15,728 bases of DNA from Azolla caroliniana. Lineage: Eukaryota; Plantae; Polypodiophyta. The stretch lies in NCBI GenBank assembly GCA_043228905.1, contig JBHGNT010000785.1:1-15728 (forward strand), written 5' to 3'. Each line of letters starts with the position of its first letter. Positions within the stretch are counted from its first letter, which is position 1. The translations under genes were made by a program, and so were the position numbers. The notes under the pieces were generated by a model. It was given only the letters and a program-made list of their open reading frames with translations, did not search any database and had not been told where the DNA came from. This document shows positions 9,431 through 15,728 of this stretch, in pieces.

Positions 9431-9470
9431 GTCCCACATAGAGAGGATGCAGAGCAAGGGGGCTATAAAA
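9431..9470 (+). promoter_or_regulatory. U1 promoter (USE + TATA), copy 3
   Basis: Repeat copy of 2781-2820. Confidence 0.9.
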
Positions 9471-9495
9471 CGAGAGCGTTGCGCTAAGCCAAAAC

Positions 9496-9659
9496 ATACT
9501 TACCTGGGCGGGGTCAATCGGTGATCAAGAAGGCCGATGGCTTAGGGCCGGTGCCTCCATTGCACCACCGGAGGGACTGCTTGCCCTAGCATCTCCCCAA
9601 GCGGGAGAGTGCACGTCATAATTTGTGACAGCAGGGGCTCGCGTTCGCGCGGCCCCCAT
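9496..9659 (+). ncRNA. U1: U1 spliceosomal snRNA, copy 3
   Basis: Same sequence as 2846-3009 at +6650. Confidence 0.98.
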
Positions 9660-10473
9660 CTCAATCCAGTGATATCAAGTCGTCCACGTTTGGCGGAAGC
9701 ATTGGTCGCTCATGGCGGATTCGTCTCAAATGATGCGCTTATGCTTGATCGTCAAGTTGGCCATGTTTGGCGGAAGCGTCGGTTGCGCTAAGGGTCCCTC
9801 GGCATTTTGCTTGGCGGAAGCATCTTATTTTTTGGTGGCTTCCCTCGGCCATGCATATTATGCAAAATGATTTGGCGGAAGCACAATATGGTTTCGGACA
9901 CCAACACAACACCGATTTCCACTACCCTGAGAAACGAGAGGAGTATAAAGAACCATCGAGCGGGGATATACACGTATAGGATATACACGTGTCATAGGCC
10001 GGAGGTGGCACATGGCGTACCCATGGTAAGAGTGAAGAGAATTCTGAGTGGATACACGCGACGAGCTGCACATGCGTCGATGTAAAATCTAGTTCACTTC
10101 TCTGCCTTGGACCATGAGAGACCACATACGTACGCCTAACGACCATAGGCGGACGCCCGCCGCATCCTCCATTTATCTTCTCTCCCATTCCAATAGTTCT
10201 TCTTTATAGCCCGGGCATCGGTTTGGCTCGTCTCTCTGCTCGATTCATGGACGTTCACCACGCGTTGAAAGCCTTCCGTTCTAGTACCTAAAGAAATGTG
10301 GGAAAAGATAGATGCATTTATCTAGAACGTTCATCCGCGTGACATCGTCCTTTAGATTATATCATTAGAAGCGGGACGCGCCTATGGAACATCTTCCTTC
10401 ATTTTTATTATCATTGTAGAATGAGGGCGCGCCTATGTAACATCTTCCTTCATTTTTATTATCATTGTAGAAT

Positions 10474-10679
10474 GAGGGCGCGCCTATGTGACCTCAACAT
10501 CAGTGCAAGGCTGAGGCGACGCACGCAACTCCCAAATGCAGCAAGCTGCCTTGAGCGAGAGCTGCCCCCATGAAAGAAATTAGGTTAATATCGTGCGGCC
10601 TGATAGGCCGCGTATCAGATATTAAACTGATAAGAACAGATACTACACTTGATCTTAGCCAAAAGGCCGAGAAAGGTAT
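10474..10679 (-). ncRNA. U2: U2 spliceosomal snRNA, copy 4
   Basis: Same sequence as 499-704 at +9975. Confidence 0.97.
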
Positions 10680-10704
10680 GAGTTCTCTTGAAGAACCGAT
10701 TTGC

Positions 10705-10745
10705 TTCTTATAGGCTGCACCCTAACATGCCTCACCATGTGGGAT
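10705..10745 (-). promoter_or_regulatory. U2 promoter (USE + TATA), copy 4
   Basis: Repeat copy of 730-770. Confidence 0.88.
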
Positions 10746-12755
10746 ATACGTTATATAATCATCTCAACATTTAAGGCAAACTTTTGTCCTCTCATTGCAT
10801 CGAAACCACCTTGGCCGATCGTGGGGACCACATTTGTTGTTGTTTGGTTGTAGCCACCCTATTATCCATCCCTATACCAAGTCGGGATATACATACTCTC
10901 CCATCGCCAAGTGCACCTTATAGGTGCGATTCGTTATTGGTGGTTATAAGCCCCCATATCTGAACCAAACGAACGTTCACGAAATCGTGTGAGCTTCCCG
11001 AATCGAGCGAGAATTGTAATGGAGATCCACCCGTCTGCACGTAGTAAATCATTAGGCCCCACTGCATGTCGAGGGAAAGAGAATTTACAATTACTTGAAC
11101 GACCGGCGCGCGTAAACCTCAAGGAAATATGTTCCGCATCGTTGCATCTAGGTAACTACGTTTTCACGTTACCCAACCTCGAGTCTCGTCATGACAATGG
11201 CACACACTAATGAGCAACCTAATGGCCACGCCGACACGCGCCCTCTTCTCCGCATTGAAGCTAGTGTGGCCCGTCACATGGTTATCTCATGACCAATGCG
11301 TTTCACAATGATGGTCTCGTGACGCCCCCCTAATCAAGTAACGAACGCGGGAGACTCGGTGCGGGATTCGTAAGGGCGACCCAATGAGAAGTGGGTCTAA
11401 CCCTAATTCCCCTTAAATGGGCGGGGAATGGGCAAGACACCATGATCCAAGGCAACATACACCGACCGTGGCCATGCTTTGCGCAATTTTTACATATGGC
11501 ACAATCGGGGCGACCGAGGGTAGTAGCACTAATTTCGTTAAATAAGGATGGTCACCGCACCTTCCCCACAGAAATGCGAGGGTGGGCACCGCGACCCTAA
11601 ACCCCGAAACACACACCATCATGCATATGATACCGATATCGTATAACAAATTCTGAACATGCACACTACATGTCTAGGACATGTATAACATCGCATAGGC
11701 ATACACGCGATCCCATCCACATGCATACATAAACGGATCTTAAACAAAGACGCAATCCAATGACGATGCAATCGAGACGCGTAATAAACGCCTTTGGGCT
11801 CTACGGACACTCGGCGACCGGAGGGGTATATGAAACATGAGGTTTGAGGCATTGACCTGATACACGCATGAGACAACATCTCCTATCAAACATGTACTAT
11901 ATGGATTTCGAATAACGGAGTAGATAGTGTAATGCGTAATGTAGGCGTAAACCTCACAAGCAATACATTTAACACGCATACGATTTATACGACGCATAAA
12001 GTATGACCAAGGCAACATGATCTAACGATCTATACGTTAAAATAATGGCTTCAACATGTACACGCAAGGGAGAAGAAATAATGTAGAAGACGATAAAGCA
12101 CATGATTCAGAAGAACAACCCTGATGTAGCTCAAGGGTTGCGTTGTTGCTATTTCCGTGCTTCGTCTTATGTTTCCTCCGGGCTTGCAACGCACGACTTG
12201 AAGTTCTTGCTCCCGACGTTCCGAACTTTTAGAAAGCGTTGTATCTCCTCCTCATATCTGCGCAATTTGTGCGCTTGGGAGACGGGAAGTGATTCTCAAA
12301 ATTGACTGATGTGAGACATGCGCCTCATCCTCCTCACGTTCTTCGGGTGTCGACGGGGATTGCACAAGCGACGCACGCGTGGATTCACGTCTCGGCCAGT
12401 GCTCAAGGATTGTGCGAGCGTGTTGGTTGTACATGGACATCGCATCGGTGTTTCCCTCCTTTGTTATTCTACAGCTTCGGCAACCCATGGCCATTGACGC
12501 ACGGTTCTACGTCACGACGCGCATGGTTTCTCTCTAGCCGTTGTACTTAAATTAATTACGAGAAGGAGAAGGTAGGCGAGGTTGGAGCGTGTGATGTGTG
12601 ATCTATAGATATGAACGGAAACGTGAAGGGGCTAAACATGGACGAGGTTAAAGTGAACCACCAATAGTGAGTGGGTAGATTGACGTGAGAGGATGGTGGC
12701 GCGATGACGGTTGTGCGTGCGTGCCATGGTGAATACACAGACGCAAGATAAGAAC

Positions 12756-12795
12756 GTCCCACATAGAGAGGATGCAGAGCAAGGGGGCTATAAAA
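12756..12795 (+). promoter_or_regulatory. U1 promoter (USE + TATA), copy 4
   Basis: Repeat copy of 2781-2820. Confidence 0.9.
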
Positions 12796-12820
12796 CGAGA
12801 GCGTTGCGCTAAGCCAAAAC

Positions 12821-12984
12821 ATACTTACCTGGGCGGGGTCAATCGGTGATCAAGAAGGCCGATGGCTTAGGGCCGGTGCCTCCATTGCACCACCGGAGGG
12901 ACTGCTTGCCCTAGCATCTCCCCAAGCGGGAGAGTGCACGTCATAATTTGTGACAGCAGGGGCTCGCGTTCGCGCGGCCCCCAT
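12821..12984 (+). ncRNA. U1: U1 spliceosomal snRNA, copy 4
   Basis: Same sequence as 2846-3009 at +9975. Confidence 0.98.
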
Positions 12985-13798
12985 CTCAATCCAGTGATAT
13001 CAAGTCGTCCACGTTTGGCGGAAGCATTGGTCGCTCATGGCGGATTCGTCTCAAATGATGCGCTTATGCTTGATCGTCAAGTTGGCCATGTTTGGCGGAA
13101 GCGTCGGTTGCGCTAAGGGTCCCTCGGCATTTTGCTTGGCGGAAGCATCTTATTTTTTGGTGGCTTCCCTCGGCCATGCATATTATGCAAAATGATTTGG
13201 CGGAAGCACAATATGGTTTCGGACACCAACACAACACCGATTTCCACTACCCTGAGAAACGAGAGGAGTATAAAGAACCATCGAGCGGGGATATACACGT
13301 ATAGGATATACACGTGTCATAGGCCGGAGGTGGCACATGGCGTACCCATGGTAAGAGTGAAGAGAATTCTGAGTGGATACACGCGACGAGCTGCACATGC
13401 GTCGATGTAAAATCTAGTTCACTTCTCTGCCTTGGACCATGAGAGACCACATACGTACGCCTAACGACCATAGGCGGACGCCCGCCGCATCCTCCATTTA
13501 TCTTCTCTCCCATTCCAATAGTTCTTCTTTATAGCCCGGGCATCGGTTTGGCTCGTCTCTCTGCTCGATTCATGGACGTTCACCACGCGTTGAAAGCCTT
13601 CCGTTCTAGTACCTAAAGAAATGTGGGAAAAGATAGATGCATTTATCTAGAACGTTCATCCGCGTGACATCGTCCTTTAGATTATATCATTAGAAGCGGG
13701 ACGCGCCTATGGAACATCTTCCTTCATTTTTATTATCATTGTAGAATGAGGGCGCGCCTATGTAACATCTTCCTTCATTTTTATTATCATTGTAGAAT

Positions 13799-14004
13799 GA
13801 GGGCGCGCCTATGTGACCTCAACATCAGTGCAAGGCTGAGGCGACGCACGCAACTCCCAAATGCAGCAAGCTGCCTTGAGCGAGAGCTGCCCCCATGAAA
13901 GAAATTAGGTTAATATCGTGCGGCCTGATAGGCCGCGTATCAGATATTAAACTGATAAGAACAGATACTACACTTGATCTTAGCCAAAAGGCCGAGAAAG
14001 GTAT
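13799..14004 (-). ncRNA. U2: U2 spliceosomal snRNA, copy 5
   Basis: Same sequence as 499-704 at +13300. Confidence 0.97.
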
Positions 14005-14029
14005 GAGTTCTCTTGAAGAACCGATTTGC

Positions 14030-14070
14030 TTCTTATAGGCTGCACCCTAACATGCCTCACCATGTGGGAT
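14030..14070 (-). promoter_or_regulatory. U2 promoter (USE + TATA), copy 5
   Basis: Repeat copy of 730-770. Confidence 0.88.
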
Positions 14071-15728
14071 ATACGTTATATAATCATCTCAACATTTAAG
14101 GCAAACTTTTGTCCTCTCATTGCATCGAAACCACCTTGGCCGATCGTGGGGACCACATTTGTTGTTGTTTGGTTGTAGCCACCCTATTATCCATCCCTAT
14201 ACCAAGTCGGGATATACATACTCTCCCATCGCCAAGTGCACCTTATAGGTGCGATTCGTTATTGGTGGTTATAAGCCCCCATATCTGAACCAAACGAACG
14301 TTCACGAAATCGTGTGAGCTTCCCGAATCGAGCGAGAATTGTAATGGAGATCCACCCGTCTGCACGTAGTAAATCATTAGGCCCCACTGCATGTCGAGGG
14401 AAAGAGAATTTACAATTACTTGAACGACCGGCGCGCGTAAACCTCAAGGAAATATGTTCCGCATCGTTGCATCTAGGTAACTACGTTTTCACGTTACCCA
14501 ACCTCGAGTCTCGTCATGACAATGGCACACACTAATGAGCAACCTAATGGCCACGCCGACACGCGCCCTCTTCTCCGCATTGAAGCTAGTGTGGCCCGTC
14601 ACATGGTTATCTCATGACCAATGCGTTTCACAATGATGGTCTCGTGACGCCCCCCTAATCAAGTAACGAACGCGGGAGACTCGGTGCGGGATTCGTAAGG
14701 GCGACCCAATGAGAAGTGGGTCTAACCCTAATTCCCCTTAAATGGGCGGGGAATGGGCAAGACACCATGATCCAAGGCAACATACACCGACCGTGGCCAT
14801 GCTTTGCGCAATTTTTACATATGGCACAATCGGGGCGACCGAGGGTAGTAGCACTAATTTCGTTAAATAAGGATGGTCACCGCACCTTCCCCACAGAAAT
14901 GCGAGGGTGGGCACCGCGACCCTAAACCCCGAAACACACACCATCATGCATATGATACCGATATCGTATAACAAATTCTGAACATGCACACTACATGTCT
15001 AGGACATGTATAACATCGCATAGGCATACACGCGATCCCATCCACATGCATACATAAACGGATCTTAAACAAAGACGCAATCCAATGACGATGCAATCGA
15101 GACGCGTAATAAACGCCTTTGGGCTCTACGGACACTCGGCGACCGGAGGGGTATATGAAACATGAGGTTTGAGGCATTGACCTGATACACGCATGAGACA
15201 ACATCTCCTATCAAACATGTACTATATGGATTTCGAATAACGGAGTAGATAGTGTAATGCGTAATGTAGGCGTAAACCTCACAAGCAATACATTTAACAC
15301 GCATACGATTTATACGACGCATAAAGTATGACCAAGGCAACATGATCTAACGATCTATACGTTAAAATAATGGCTTCAACATGTACACGCAAGGGAGAAG
15401 AAATAATGTAGAAGACGATAAAGCACATGATTCAGAAGAACAACCCTGATGTAGCTCAAGGGTTGCGTTGTTGCTATTTCCGTGCTTCGTCTTATGTTTC
15501 CTCCGGGCTTGCAACGCACGACTTGAAGTTCTTGCTCCCGACGTTCCGAACTTTTAGAAAGCGTTGTATCTCCTCCTCATATCTGCGCAATTTGTGCGCT
15601 TGGGAGACGGGAAGTGATTCTCAAAATTGACTGATGTGAGACATGCGCCTCATCCTCCTCACGTTCTTCGGGTGTCGACGGGGATTGCACAAGCGACGCA
15701 CGCGTGGATTCACGTCTCGGCCAGTGCT

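Larger units (their letters stand above)
1..15728. repeat. Tandem array of a 3325-bp U2+U1 snRNA unit (arbitrary phase: 1-3325, 3326-6650, 6651-9975, 9976-13300, partial 13301-15728)
   Basis: Seen: the sequence at 1 (ataggatatacacgtgtcat) recurs at 3326, 6651, 9976 and 13301, and every ORF in the track recurs at +3325 offsets. The array runs off both window ends. Confidence 0.99.

Overview
The whole window is a near-perfect head-to-tail tandem array with a 3325-bp period (about 4.7 units). It has no credible protein-coding gene; all ORFs are 92 aa or shorter and simply recur with the unit. Each unit carries one plant-type U2 snRNA gene (minus strand) and one plant-type U1 snRNA gene (plus strand), transcribed divergently, giving 5 U2 and 4 U1 copies in view. 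Each gene has a plant snRNA promoter (USE RTCCCACAT plus TATA). Both promoters have only a 22-nt USE-TATA gap, close to the short spacing of angiosperm Pol III genes (U6/U3) rather than the ~32-36 nt of Pol II U1/U2 genes. Other oddities: the U2 Sm site is non-canonical (AAUUUCUUUCAUGG), the U2 3' end is reiterated in a 51-bp tandem repeat, neither gene has a perfect 3' box, an orphan USE-like/TATA module lies downstream of U2, and four TTGGCGGAAGC motifs follow U1. I saw only two substitutions between units, both in unit 3. The source is probably a streptophyte/land-plant nuclear genome (inference).
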